A stretch of DNA of 64,000 bases from Hydrolagus colliei (Eukaryota). The stretch is taken from NCBI GenBank assembly GCA_035084275.1, contig CM068744.1:18414001-18478000 (forward strand), given 5' to 3'. A model generated the notes under the pieces. The model did no database searches, was not told the origin of the DNA, and saw only the letters and a list, made by a program, of their open reading frames with translations. The translations under genes were made by a program, and so were the position numbers. Position 1 is the first letter of the stretch. Each line of letters begins with the position of its first letter. Shown here piece by piece: positions 36,455 through 50,549 of this stretch.

Positions 36455-36975
36455 GAGTCCTGGATGAGAACTAACTTTCTTCAGTTGAACGTTAACAAGA
36501 CCATAGCACTCTTATTGGCTCCCATCAGCATCTCCACATGTCAGGTGCTGACACCATCACCATCCAAGAATGCACACTCCACCTCACTGATCCAGTACAG
36601 AACCTTGCCATCTTGTTCTACCCTCAACTATCCTTTGCATCCCACGTCCATGCCATGACCTGCTCTGTCTTCTCCCACCTCTGCAATATTGCCCAGCTCC
36701 ACTACTGTCTCACACCGCAGCCTGCCGAAACTCTCATATACACATTCATAACATCCAGGCTTGACTATGCACACTCCTTGCTTGTCGACCTCCCCAACTC
36801 TTCCCCCCATAGGCTGCAGATTATGCAGAACTCTGCAGCTTGTGTCCTCACCTGCATTAGGCTCTGTGATAATATCACCCCCACTCTCACCCTCACTCCA
36901 CTGGCCTCCCATGACACAGAGGCTACAATTCAAAATCCTGGTCCTGACAAATGTGATTTTGTTATTGTTATTGTG
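36455..36975 (+). mobile_element. L2 fragment (post-RT region), internally deleted
   Basis: SWMRTNFLQLNVNKT, ITSRLDY, QNSAA, LHWP..QFKILVLT. Confidence 0.9.
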
Positions 36976-38169
36976 AGCCAATCAACAGTGCTTTTGTCTT
37001 GTTAACTTTCAACTGAAGAAAGTTTGTTCTATAATAAAAATGATTCACTTATTTTCCCTGTACTGAAATGTTTAATCAACACAGTAGTTCCAACTCAATG
37101 CCTTGTGCATGAATTTTCATGTTTTCATTATAATATCAACTATTAAAAAAAATATATGGAGGATGACAGATGAGTCATAGTATGACATGACATCTAAACA
37201 AGTAGAAAAGTTAACACATAAACAACACCGTAAATGTGTTATATCTGGTGGCATTTAACAAGTTGTTCAAATGTCATACTGGGATCTCATATGTTACTCC
37301 ATTTATACAATATTCATTTGTTTACTGAATTTGAAACACAGAAAGATTATCAAGTAGACAGTAACAATGAAATTGATTGTATTAGCATCTCAGAAGAGAA
37401 CCAGAACCAGAGTTGTGTATGATCATATGGTTACTAGTACCGGTCAACTACAACCCCTGAAAGTTCACTCATCCGAAGGATTGTGCCATTGTAATGCATG
37501 GACTTTCACTGGTTGTGGTTGTTTTTTCTAAGGTATTTGTTATGCTGTATAACCTTTCTCAATGTTGAACTTTGATAGAGTATTTCTGTGTTGAGTTGTT
37601 TGAGATTTGTAGTGTAATTGAATTTTCTCCCTTTTCTCTCTGTGGAGAATGATAGCAGTAGGTTGAAACCCGCTCATGCAGTGTGGTTCGTGATGGTCAG
37701 AGTAGTTTTATAAAAGCATGATATCAACTTGATGTTAACACACTGATCTGGCAGCCCCATCTGTCCTTTATATGTACTTTATATAACAACAAACCAACTT
37801 GTCGTTATACAGTGCCTTTCATGTAGTCAAATGTTAAAGCACTTTACAAAAGATGGAGTATGAGCCTGAGCAGAAAAGGAAATTGAGTTGGTACAAGGGA
37901 GATGATTGAAAGTGCAATGAACGAAGTAATGTTTTCAAAGAATGGGAAGGAAAAGGGGCTGACTAGTTTGGGATAACTTTAGGATAACTTTGGAAAGCTT
38001 TGCTTATGAAGAGCTGAGCTAAGAAGATATTAGGGAAGTCAAGAAGGAAGTGACAAAATGAGGATGATTTGCAACATGCTAATGTTAATTAACAGTAGGT
38101 AATCAGACCTATTCTTTCTTTTTAAATAGTTCAAACATCAGAATTAATTGATTTATGTTTAGTCATCAT

Positions 38170-38490
38170 CAGGGTAATTCATAAGTGGAACTGAAGAAGG
38201 GTGAGGGTGATGGATACATAGACTCTGCTGTAAGAGGGGTCATGAGCTGTAAATCACTGAATGGTCTGCAGCTTGAGTAGAAAGAGTTTGGGAGTTCACT
38301 GAGCAGGGATTGGAATTTTCTAACCTGGAAGTGATGTAGGTGTAAATGAGGGTCTGACAGCCCTTTTGTTGGTAGTGGTGGAGTTGGACAGTGTTGCAGT
38401 GATGAGAGAAATCCAAGTGAGAGAGACCCAGGTGTAGGGCTTGAAGGACAATTTGGGTTCAAACAGAATACCAAGATTCCACATCAGCTT
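38170..38490 (-). mobile_element. Degraded L2 fragment
   Basis: Reverse similarity to about 49790-50060. Confidence 0.6.
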
Positions 38491-38599
38491 CATGAGGTAG
38501 AGTGAGAATCCATGCAGGTTGCTGCAATCAGCTCCTGAAGTGAAAAGGTGCTAACTGGAACAAAGCCAAAGCACCTCAACAAAAAAAAAGTTTATTTTT

Positions 38600-39250
38600 C
38601 AGCTGGGTAGCAGTCACATGCAGAAACCCATTACCATGCTTAAGAGCATCCAAACTAAATGCAGAATTCCATGCTTTCAATGCATTCCACCTATAAATGG
38701 AAACTTCAGAGATGTTTATTAGAATGAACACACTCTTCCTGTTGGGACACATCCTCCTTACTTATGGAGTGAAGTTTGGCAAGAATCAGGGCTTTGGGAC
38801 CCCAGAGCAGAGCATGTATTGGGAGTCTAACCAGCTCAAACTGCATTGAAAGCATTTTCTGGCAAGCATTCCGACTGCTACTCCGACTGTCTACTTTACC
38901 CATTATGGCATTGGCTTGCAGGGTTAACAGAAGATGAAAGGGAAGAATAACTGCAATAGCCACACCCCCTTGACTGGTCTACCACTCCAAATCTTACCGC
39001 TGAGCCATGCTGGTTGTACTGTCGTCGACAGTGCCCTGGAAGACTGCAGACCCACCTGGCTCAGGAACGATGAATCACAAGATTCCAACATTCCATTTCC
39101 AAGCATGTCGCCTTAGAGTCAGTTCAGCTCCAAAGTGGGCCCTACATCATCACTCCCAAAAACTATCGTTTCCAACTGATCGTTTCATATCAGAAAGGAT
39201 GGGTTTGAGCCTTCGCTAGGTGAATGGCAGGTGCGGGGAACTCCCGTACA
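38600..39250 (+). repeat. Family X fragment
   Basis: Colinear with about 61340-61930 (ggagtctaacc, ttggcttgcagggttaacag, tttgagcc...aatggca). Confidence 0.75.
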
Positions 39251-40579
39251 TTCATTAACTCAGACTTCCATGTTAATGCCTTCCAGCACCTGTCTCTTCA
39301 AGCCTCAGCTATTTGATGGACATCTATTTGTCCTCAGTGTGGCAACTAAAAGAGTCTCACTCAAAGTTATAGTTGCTGGAGCGGGGCTGGGGTTGGGTGG
39401 GGGGGTGGCCAACGGGATATAAGTAGTTTCCCAACCCTTCTTGCTCTTACAATTGCATCAAGCTTTTAATGATAGCTGATTAGTCAGTTTTGAAAATCAC
39501 CATCGAAACTACAAAACCAATCAGGATCAGTACAATAAGTCTTGTTGGCTGTGCCTCTGTAGTTGACTTCCAGTTTCGAAAAATATTGGTAAAACTGGAA
39601 ATAACAATTTGATAAGAGTTTATTTTATAGTGCTAATGAAACACAAATCTACTGGAATTTCTTACAAGTATTCTTAGCCTTAGGAACAAAAACTTAAATG
39701 CTGAACAGCTGTTATGTGTCTAGGTGACAAGACAAAGGCTCAGTTGGAGACTGCCTAGAACAAGCAATTATAGATGATGCATGACCGTATTTACAATCAC
39801 GTCAATCATTGAGGGTGTGGGTGGTGTTTGCAAGTTTCAACTTTTCAATGTAACCATGGTGATACATTTTAATTACTTTTGCAAGAGATGGTTAAGCAAA
39901 GTGCTAGTGCAGCAAGAGCTATAGAGAGATAGGATCCATTCCTTCCCATATTCTGAGTTTCTAATCTCGGTCAGACCTTCGGTGACAGTGATTGAAGATG
40001 AGCCTCAGGTCAGACTAATGGGTAGTTGCAGAGAGGTTTAGTTAGAGGGTTGGGAACAAGTTACTGAACCAATCTTCTCAGGCACAGAATTTAAAAATCT
40101 TTACATTCGTGCTTTTCATGTCATGAAGACAGCTCAAAATACGTCACAAAATATCATGTAAAATATAGTGATAGCATACTTTGCAGGCAAAATGTAGCCA
40201 TGTATTGGAGTTTCAGTGGTCACCAATTTGCATGGTAGGACAACAAATATGTTTTTCTTTATTGAATTTTTCTTCTTTTATGGCCATGCCATGGATATTC
40301 TGTCTCAGCAGCTACTGGAACTTTGGTGCGGACTTGACTGGAGCGGTGCCGGTGTTTTCTTAGCCACTTATTGTTGTTCCAAGAAGTTGATCGTGAGTTC
40401 AAAATCCTGACATGAGGCTATGAACCCATAGCCAGGCTGATATACTGACTGGGGATGGGGTGGGGGTGAGGGCGAGAATAAGTGATAAAGAAACGCAACT
40501 GCGGTCACATTGTGCCCATGATAATCTGCCCAAAACAATAGTTGTTAAAACTGTAGTTGCAGAAACTAAAATTGCTAAA

Positions 40580-40672
40580 CATCAACAACAGCAACAAACA
40601 TCAACATCAAAATTACATTTGTATAGTGCCTTTCACGTCGGGAGGACATCCCAAAGTGCGGGACAGTTAGTA
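40580..40672 (-). mobile_element. L2 3' tail
   Basis: (caa)n-like run followed by gtatagtgcctttcacgtcgggaggacatcccaaag. Confidence 0.85.
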
Positions 40673-41008
40673 CTAATTCCTAAAGCCTTAATCCCTGGCT
40701 GGGTGCAGCCTTTTAAATTTTAATTTGTCATCTTATATTTAAGGAAGAATAATATTGTGAGGTAATGAATGAATTGCTGCTCCATCAGTTGGGAATAATC
40801 TTGCCCAACCTTGCCTGAAATTGTAGTTGAATCAGATTGTATAGATGCATTCACGAGGAAGCTAGACATTCGAATCGGTGGAGTAGGTGGAGACTTGTAT
40901 GGAATATAAACACTGGGAGATACCACTTGGGCTAAGTGAGGCCCTCCTAATTGGTTCAATGCCTTCATGCATTAGGCACTGAACTCACCAAACCAGTCAG
41001 TAACCCTC

Positions 41009-41715
41009 CCCTCGGTGTCTTGTTCGATTCTCAACTGTATTTCCACCCTCACATTCCAGCAATGACCTGCTCTGCCTTCCCACACCTCCGCAATATTGCC
41101 TGACTCCACCATTACCTCACCTCCCCAGGCCGCTGAAACCCTCATTCATGCCTTCATCACATCCCGGCTCGACTACAGCAATGACCTACTTGTCAGCCTT
41201 CCAAATTCCTCCCTCCATAGGTTGCAGATATCCAGAACTCAAGCGCTCCAAGCTTCGTGACCCCATCTCCCCCATTCATGCCCGACTCCATTGGCTCCCC
41301 ATCACCCTGAAGATCCAATTCAACATCCTGGTCCTCACATTCAAAGCTCTCCACGGCCTTGCTGCACCTTACCTCTTCACCTCCTAATCCCTACCAACCT
41401 GCCTGCCCCCTCCACTCAGCAGGCTCCGGCCTGCTCCACGTCCCCCACCATTGGCGGGCGAGGCTTCAACCACTCTGCCCCCAAACTCTGGAATTCCATC
41501 TACAGTCCCTCCACCTCGACCCTTCTCTTTCCTCTTTCAAGTCCCACCTCAAGACCCTCCTCTTCAATGATCCCATCGGTCACCCCAAAACCCCCATTCC
41601 GTCCACCCTCCCTGTCCCTGACCCCATCTCAGGTCTGAAACAATGACTGTCTAATGCCTTGGGATGTCATCCTGACATGAAAGGTGCTCTACAAGTATAA
41701 TTTTGTTGTTTGTTG
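41009..41715 (+). mobile_element. L2 LINE 3' fragment
   Basis: SRLDYSN, LHWLPITLKIQFNILVLTFKALHGLA, APKLWNS; (gtt) tail. Confidence 0.92.
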
Positions 41716-42169
41716 TAAGTGGCCAGTTTTCATACTGCACATTTGTTGGAAATCTTTGTAAGGTACAAGAGAGATGCGAAGAGATTCTAGGATAATATTG
41801 GAGATTAGTGGTCTTGACAAATAATTACATAACATATTAATAATTAAAATATACTGTATAGCATTTTGTTTGGAGCACAGCATATTGGCATTTTCTCGTA
41901 AAATTTAATCTAAAATTATACAAGCTGCCTGTAACACCTAACACACTTAGATGGAGATCCTGGAACTCAGATCCTGGAATTTTTAATAGAAATTAAATCC
42001 TATTTAATTAGGATTGTCATTCTACGGTGAGCCTGGCAGTAGTTTACAAGCATAATCATACCTAACTTCACTAAAACAACAATTTAAACAGTAATTTATT
42101 GCTGATCACATCAGGTCGAATGGCTTTCTTCTGAGCTTTCAATTTCTATGGTTCTACAATTCAATTCTA

Positions 42170-42755
42170 TATCATAGAATCACAGAACAGTACAGCATAG
42201 GACCAGGATATTTAGCCCATCGAGTCTACCTGAGTGTTTTTCTTATCATTAGCTACTTAGTTTAATTCTAATCTTGATTTGCATCACATATGCTTTATTA
42301 TAGAGCAATCTCATGGCAAAACACTTTTCAGGAGCTTTGGGGTGCAGCACTTAGAAGAACTGTGGTACATGGCTGACGTTCATTGGCCTGCTTCCTACTC
42401 CAAGAAGTCCAAGTTACCAGGTTGTTGTTGAGGTCACTTAATGCACACTTCATGCAAGAAACACCAGTTCCTGGTGCGTTGTGCAATGGACTAAAACCAT
42501 CGCACTATAATGAAGTCATCCTGCATTTCTTGTTTTCAACCTCTTGTAATTCCCTTTCAAAATAATTTATACACTCTACTTGATCCACATGCATGCCAGA
42601 GAATTCTACATTCCAGCTGCCTTCAGTATAAACCTCTTTTTGCATGAGTGCTTTGATTTTTGTTCTCCCAACATTTACTGACTGACTACTGGAAAACTCA
42701 ATTGCTATTTGCCTGACTGTAACCCTTTATAATTGTGAAGACTTCTATCAGATCA
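42170..42755 (-). mobile_element. Old CR1 3' fragment with an internal insertion, tail-to-tail with a + strand CR1 tail at about 42110-42170
   Basis: atcatagaatcacagaa...gcccatcgagtct; gaagacttctatcagatc. Confidence 0.6.
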
Positions 42756-42767
42756 TAGAGTGTGCCC

Positions 42768-42850
42768 TGATAGTAAAACCTACCACAGCAGGAAGTAGAT
42801 AGCGACAGCAGATGGTATTGATAGGCAGCTATCATGTAAAGCATCTGTCA
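42768..42850. promoter_or_regulatory. Candidate haematopoietic enhancer (RUNX, ETS, GATA, E-box, MEIS cluster)
   Basis: Nine motif matches in about 83 bp, including an E-box-N8-GATA composite. Confidence 0.45.
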
Positions 42851-44074
42851 CAACCTGTGTTGTTGCCCTTAAACCACTGTTACAGGGTTTCTCAACACAA
42901 CAGCTAGTTGTGTGTGAGGGCACAGCTTAGCCTCTAACTAAAGATACATAAAGCCTTCACACTGCTTGGCTGCTACCATTCACTCAAAGAATCAAAGTAG
43001 TGTAAAATGAAAATAAATAATGGCTGATCCTCCTCGCACCTATTCTCTTGCAGTTGGAGCTTGAAATATATATTTGCAAACACGTTTATCTGGAATCTCT
43101 CAGGTGGCTAATTATAGTGCTAATCTGGATTATGCTTCCATCCATTTTAGATCTGTTTGCATGAATTTATGATGCAAGGATAGGCACTGTATTACAGCTG
43201 AAGTGAAGTACCATTCTGCTTTACTAAGCTGAAATCCTGAAGTCTGCTTCTCCTATATCTTTAAGAGGATTCATATGATTGGGATTCCCCATTCTGCGGC
43301 AACAAAATCCTTCCTCCAAATCTAGGTGTGTCCACATGTACTTGCTCAACATCCTATTCTTCATTCACCTTGAGGTCATTGCTGGATTCGTGTATAATGT
43401 TGCGTTGCCCAACCTGCTTATGATTTCCTAATCCTGTCCCACTAATGCTACACATATATCACACTGGGCAAAACTATACAGCAAGTCTAAAATCCATCTT
43501 ATTTATCCATATAATTTTGTTTGAACCTCATTTGTCCTTTTGAGATTCAAAGAAATGTATAATTATGCATACAGTGAAATTTGGTTAATTGCATATCAGA
43601 TAATTGAATAGTTCATTGCATTGAATAGAATTTAGTAATCCCCAAATAACTGAACAATTTATGTAATAACTAACCATTTTTATAAAACAAAACAATGAAT
43701 CTGAGTTTGAATAAATGCATGGTGCCAAATTATTACCTGTACAGTACAGTGAGAATTTGTTGTTGTCCTCTCCTCCCCCTTCCATTCACTCCACAGATAA
43801 TTGGTATATCGGCCATGTGCAGGTGAGGTCATGTCTGATTAGTGGAGGAAAGTGGTTCTGGTTCCATTGTTGTTGGAGTCTGCAAATCTCAAGCTCTGGG
43901 AGATGAGTTTCCTATTCTGTTTAGTCTGGTTATATGATTAGTTTAGTTTATTGAATAATTTTCACTGTCAAGTTGACTATTCATTTCACAGAATTTCACT
44001 GTATATGAAATACCTGAGAGAAACTATAGTTATCCAATTGAAAACATTCTTAGTTCTGCATATCATGAAATGAA

Positions 44075-44200
44075 TATGGGCAGGGATTCTCCTATTACCC
44101 CTGCAAGCCAAAGCCATAAAGGGTAGTATCGTCCTTGTAGGACAAGCATCAGGAAACTTGCCAGACAGTGCTTTCAGTGGCAAGCTGTGTCATTATAGCT
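44075..44200 (-). repeat. Family X fragment
   Basis: gggcagggattct...cctgcaagccaaagcc...cttgccagacagtgctttcagtggcaagctgtg. Confidence 0.75.
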
Positions 44201-46599
44201 AGTTAATGTTGGCCAGGACACTGGAAGAAACTCTTTAGTCTTTTCAAATTGTGCCATGGGATCTTTAACCACCAACTAAACAGGCAGACAGGTCCTTGAT
44301 CTAATGTTTTATCTTAGGGACATCATATCAAACATTGGGATGTTCCCCAATGTGAAGGGCGCTATGCAATTTTGTTTTGTTGTTGCTGTTGCTGCAACAC
44401 TCAGTGCCACATTGGATTGTCAGTCTAGCGAATGGGAACCCAGTCGCTTTTCTCAACATCAACCAAACAAGGATTAATATAAGAAACACATGGTTTCCAT
44501 TCACAAGATTAGTACAGTACAACCATTTTATTAACATTGTTATTTTCAACACTAAGTTTTTTTTGCTTTATTCAGGTTCACTAGTTGTCTGACAACTTGC
44601 AGTAAGATATTTAAAGAACATTAAACATGTCTACGGCATGAGTATTACTGCCATAATCAAATAGTTGAAAATCTGCATGTATCCTATATTTACAGGATCA
44701 AAATCTATGATTTTCCTACAGCTATTTTTTAAAATTAAGAAACACAAAATGTGTTTCAGTAACACCAGTCACCTTATCCCCATTCAGTAATACATTTTAC
44801 ATATTTACTTCTTTTGGAACATTCAGGTTAATTAACGTATAAAAAATAACTAATTGGAACAGTTTTCCTCCCATCATTAAAATGAATGCGTGAATAGTAT
44901 GTTCAGGAAAATCAGAGGTTTTGCATAACATTGATAAAAATAGAGGTTGCAGATTGTCTCATCACACTGCAAGTGGCAATAACAGTTGGTGTAAACAACT
45001 CTGAAGCAAGCAATTAAGACATTTAATTGATGATAGAAGTAAATTAAGCCAGGATCTAAATATAACATTTCCATCTATCTCTGCAGTTTCCAAAACCTGG
45101 GGTATTTTATTATCATTTCAAGGCATGACCCTTTACTCTCTTTTCACTACAACACGTACAAGAAAAATGCATGCTTCCAGCCCATTTTTGACATGGAAGT
45201 TTTTATTTTTCAGTTGGATTCTGCAGAGCAGTGGTAGAGGATGTCCAGATGGGAAAGCAATAGATAATTATAAGCTGAAATTCCACCATTTCATTATAGT
45301 TTAAATGTGAGATTCATTATCATTTTAAACTAGTTATGAAACATTACAAATATCACCGCTGCAGTTACTAAATTAATTCATAGACAATAGACAGCAATCT
45401 GCCAACTGGAGTTTGGATGATCCCACTTGTTTATTACAAGGAAAATTGGGATATTTCATGATCTATTTAATGTGTTCTTTACTGCAAATTCCACGTAATT
45501 ACTAATTACTAATGATCGTGTCATGATGGGTAAACCTGTACAAAATTTTCTCTGCCTGCCAGCATTTTTGCTGCTGCCAAGCAGCAGCCATTTTGATGTC
45601 CACTGATATGTGTCTGCAAATTGTCTTATGTGTATTTCTTTTTTTAAAAAAAAAGATTGTTTTACCTTCCTAAGGAAGAGACTGAAAAATAACATTATGA
45701 TTTGTGAATTGTGTGTTCCAGGCCAATTTCAACTTGTCTTTCATACCTATGAGACATCAATGCACTTTGCACTAGCTCAAGGAGCACAACATTTGAAGCC
45801 AGGAAAATGGCAACTCCCTTTGAAAGAAAACAGGAATTGGAAGACATTGGATGAAGCTGAAGCCAGATAAATATAATAAATCATAAGCTATAAGCAGATG
45901 CTTTACCAAATGCAAAGATTATTACATTATCATTTTGCCATTTACTAGCCGTCAATGACAGCATTATATGGCGCTGAACTGACCCAAGTATCAAAAAGTA
46001 ATCAGAGTAATACATCCACAACCCGCTTAAATCTTCCATTGTACAGACTGATTACCTTGTCAACTGGGTCATTTAACAACTTCCTTTTTCTAACTGGTGT
46101 TTTAAAGTAGTGAAACTCAGGCATCACTTTGCTTCTGTGAAGATTCTTTGAATTTTTCCCATGTTCCCTAGTTAAGCCCATTTAATGTCCAATGCTTTCC
46201 TTTAATGGTTACTCGACCAACAGAAGGAAAATTACCAAACTCTGCACAGATCAGGCTTTACACAGTGGCATTTATTGATGTGCAACTGTGATTTGGTTAG
46301 AGGAGACCAGCACCATCCATAATGACTTCTTAACATTTCCAATATTTCTACAAATTAAAATACCCCAAATTGTTGCATGTACTTCTCATAAGTCACGTAT
46401 TGGCTGCTGTATGCTACAAACTATTTGAAATCATGGACTAATCTATATTAAGACATACAGTCCTGATACATTTGGTTAACCACCAAGACGGAAAATGATC
46501 ATGTGAGTAATTTAACTCATGAAATCACCAAACATTGTGCAGGTGCTTTTACCCAGTGGAACTGAACAGGTGTCATTGAATTCTTCATATCAGCTACAT

Positions 46600-46990
46600 G
46601 CTGGCTGGCTGATCTGCCTATTGCCAGCAAACAAACCAGTTTGGCTCATAGGCAGGATCTGAAGGGGAGACAGTCACCTAGGGCAGAAATTATTTCCACT
46701 TGGATCCTTTTTACTCTGTGAGCCAAAGCATTAATTGGCAAAATGGTCCTAGTCGAAGAAGGAGCAGGAAGGTTGGCAGACTCTCAATTACAAGCTATGC
46801 AATTTTAGCTGGTCATTCTCCAGAACTACCTAAACACACACTCTGAGGTCCCCAAGCTTCAGTCTTACCACCATATGCTTAATACTCTCCAGAATTAAGT
46901 AAGCAAGGTGCATCCATTGAAGGAGACTGTGTGCCATTCCAGACATAGGTAGATTTCAGTGTATATGTTGCAGACAGGTATTGATCTCTC
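46600..46990 (-). repeat. Family X fragment
   Basis: gagccaaagc...ctctgaggtccccaagc...taatactctccagaattaagtaagc. Confidence 0.7.
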
Positions 46991-47019
46991 TGTTTGGTTT
47001 GTTTACTCTTAAGCATGAT

Positions 47020-47172
47020 AAGAGGGGAGTGGGATTGATTTGGGTTTGACAGTGGGATTCAGTGGGATAAACATTTGGGGAAGTGGGATTGATTTGGATA
47101 GCTCTTTTCAAACAGCTGGACACAAAGGCCCGAATGGCTTCCTCTGTGCTGTGTTTCTATGATTCTATGATT
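47020..47172 (+). mobile_element. CR1 3' end fragment
   Basis: ggatagctcttttcaaa...ccgaatggcttcctctgtgctg...ttctatgattctatga. Confidence 0.85.
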
Positions 47173-47229
47173 ATGGGTTCCGACCTATGCGTGAGACCTG
47201 GCTGACCAAAATAAATAGTATTAATAATA

Positions 47230-47546
47230 TAATAATAATAATCCTTGCATTTGATACAGTGCTTTTCACATCTTCTAGACATCTCAAAGCGCTTCACAGA
47301 ATATACTGTATTGTGAATTGATTGTATATTTGTGGGCGAAACACGGCAGCCAACTGTGCACTGTAGTGTCCCAAAAACAGTCATGGATTGAAATGACCAA
47401 TTTATCATAGTTTTTTTTGATGGATTATTATTAGACGTGTGGAGTAAGGAAAGTTACCCAAGGTTTCACCCTGACCTGCCTGGATTCGAAACACAGGTCT
47501 CACGCTTCTAAGGTGAGTGCTCTAGCCATTGAGCTACAGGTCTCCA
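47230..47546 (-). mobile_element. Young tRNA-headed SINE (family Y), full length
   Basis: Tail, body and head all present. Confidence 0.92.
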
Positions 47547-48921
47547 GGATAGAGGCATTTAAATCTATTTCTTTGCAGAGGATGATTTTCAATGGGGATG
47601 AAAATCAGTAATGTCAGTATTGTAACAGCTATTTGTGTTCCAGAATGTCACAAAAAAGAGCATGCTTAAAATCTACCCAAATATAATTTATTAGAAAAAA
47701 ATTCTAAATTTTGGCAATAACATTTCTCCACGGGTCCACAAAATTCACAATTACCATACTTTACAGTAAATCATGTGACGGGCTTTGAGACACTATGGAA
47801 AACGCTATGTCAAACACAAGGATTATTATTATTTATTTTGATGGAAACTGGGAAGTTTACAAAAGCGCAGTCTGGATACTGAAGATAACCCACAAAATGA
47901 CCTTCTTCAAATGAATGAACCAAACTGAAATTTACAGAGCAGTTGTACGTTTGTAGAATTGTATTTTAAGTACTATGCAACATTCATTCAAAGACAACAA
48001 AGTAGCATTCGGCATGACAATGAGCAGCTTTATTATATTGCTGCCTTTTATAGGCCTGTATAAAAATGTTAAGAAACCCTTTTTATTAATTTCCATTGTC
48101 ATGGCTACATCTTTCATAATTATGTTACACTAAACAGCAAATATCATAGATTAATGTATTTTATATAAATAAAACAAACAGGATAATTATCGTGAGATCA
48201 CAGAGATAAAATACAACACGTGTGTCCAATCAGTTATCCACTGCAGATGAACAATGTACCAGTTCAACAAAAAATATATATTGTATGATTTCCGGCTTTA
48301 TTTGTAGAGTTACGAGGATGTGGATAGAGCATTCATTTAATTCCATTTAGTTTGAGCTTTGCATGTAATGCTACTATTTGTAAGCATGATTTTGAGACAA
48401 TTTAGCCAAGGTCTGCAATATACTATTAGATGAACAAGCACAATGAAGATTTATGACCCTGAAACATTACTGGAGAAGAATGAAACCACTTATATATTCC
48501 TGGAATAAATACCTCACTTTCAAAGAGCCAAGACTCATGATGAGCATTATGGAACTAGAAGTTACATTAGAGCCTTGAAACAGCAGTTATCATTTCAATA
48601 ATATTAATCATTCACTTTGTGACTAAGTGTGGGACAATGGCTTCTGTATTCGCTTACAAAATACAGTCACTGTATTATCACAGCAAATCTCATGAAACTA
48701 TTTGAAACATATCTCCAATATGAAGCGTGCTTTATCAATACAAGGATTATTATTTTTCCATCAATAATGATAACAATAGTGTTTTGTAATGTTATCAAGA
48801 CTTCTGAAAGCTTCACAGGATTTACTGGAAAGTGAAGACACTGTGTATAAGATTTTAAATAGAAATGAAAAACCTAGATCAATATTTTAGGAAGCAGCAA
48901 GATAGTAGAAGACAAATACAT

Positions 48922-50549
48922 ACCCCATCCCCAAACTTCTCCTTACCACCCAACTCCACTTTCTAGCCCCATTAATCGCCGACACCATTAACCTGTCCCT
49001 TTCATCTGGCACCATTCCCACTCCCCTCAAAACTGCCACAATGATCCCCATCCTAAAGAAACCTTTGCCTTGAGGTGTTGCAGCACTCAAGCTACCAGCC
49101 TATCTCCAACCTCCCTTTCCTGTCCAAGGTCCTCAAAAGAGTGGTTGCCTCCCATCTCCGCTCTTTCCTCTCAACCCACTCACTCTTTGAACACCTCCAA
49201 TCGGGTTTCCATGCTGCCCACAGCTCGGAAACTGCTCTGCTCAAGCTCACAAATGACATCCTGACCATCTGTGACCAGGGCTCCCTCTGCCTCCTCATCC
49301 TCCTCGATCTATCTGGCGCCTTTGACATCATGGACCACGCAATACTTCTCTACCGCCTCTCCTCCCACCTCAACCTTCAAGGCTCTGTCCTTGATTGGTT
49401 CCAGTCATACCTCTTACACTCCCTTCACTTTGTCTCCTCCAATGGCTTTTCCTCCAGTCCTCGCACAGTATCATGCAGCATTGCCCAGGGCTCTGTCCTT
49501 GGCCCCCTACTCTTCACCCTCTACATGCTCCCCCTCGGTGACATCATCCGCAGACATGGGGTGAATTTCCACATGTATGTGGATTACACCCAACTCTACC
49601 TTTCCGCTTCCACCCTCGACTCTGACTATACGTCTGTCCAACATTGAGTCCTGGACGAGGGACAACTTCCTCCAACTAAACGTCAACAAGATTGAGGTCC
49701 TCCTGATTGACTTGCATCAACGCCACCCACCTCAGGTGCTGGCAACATCAGCATTCAAGGCTGCACTCTCCACCTCTTGAAGCCAGTCAGGAATCTTGGC
49801 GTCTTCTTTGACCCCAAACTGTCCTTCCTCCTCCAGATCCGCTCCATGACCGGTTCCACCTTCCACCACCTACCCAACATTGTCAGACTCCACCACTACC
49901 TCACCCATGCTGCTGAGACACATGTCCATTAATTCATCACACCTAGGCTCGACTACAGGAACTCTCTCCTTGTTGGCCTTTATAGCTCCTCCCTTCACAA
50001 GCTGCAGATTATTCGGAACTTTGCAGCTCGTGTACTCTCCCTCACTAGGCTCCGCGACCACATCACTCCCACTGTTGCCCGTCTCCATTGGCACCCCGTA
50101 CCCTAGCGGATCAAATTCAAGTTCCTCATCTTCATTTTCAAGGCCATTCAAGACCTTGCCCCAGCCTATCTCTACGCCCTACTGTCCCCCTATCAGCCTG
50201 CCCATACCCTCCATTCAGCAGGCTCTGGCCTGCTCCATGTCCCCCGCCCGAACCACCCGACCATCGGTGGCCGGGCTTTCAGCCTCTCTGCCCCCACACT
50301 CTGGAACTCCATCCCGCAATCCCTTCACCTCGCTTCCTCCCTTTTCTCCTTCAAGGCTGGTCTCAAGACCTTCCTCTTCGGCCATGCCTTCTGCTCCCCT
50401 CCCAATTCTCCTCCCTTTCCTACTCTTCTTCCACCTGCTCTGACCCCGACCCATCCCCCCTGCTCGTGTCCCGACCTAGCTGTTCAGCGTCTTAAGACGT
50501 CCTCCCGACATGAAAAGTGCTCTATAAAAGTAATGTTGTTACTGTTGTT
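48922..50549 (+). mobile_element. L2 LINE, 5'-truncated, RT domain to 3' tail, inactive
   Basis: YQPISNLPFLSKVL, QSGF..HSSETAL, LLDLSGAFD, QGSVLGPLLF, FHMYVDY (mutated YADD); tail gacgtcctcccgacatgaaaagtgc. Confidence 0.96.
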
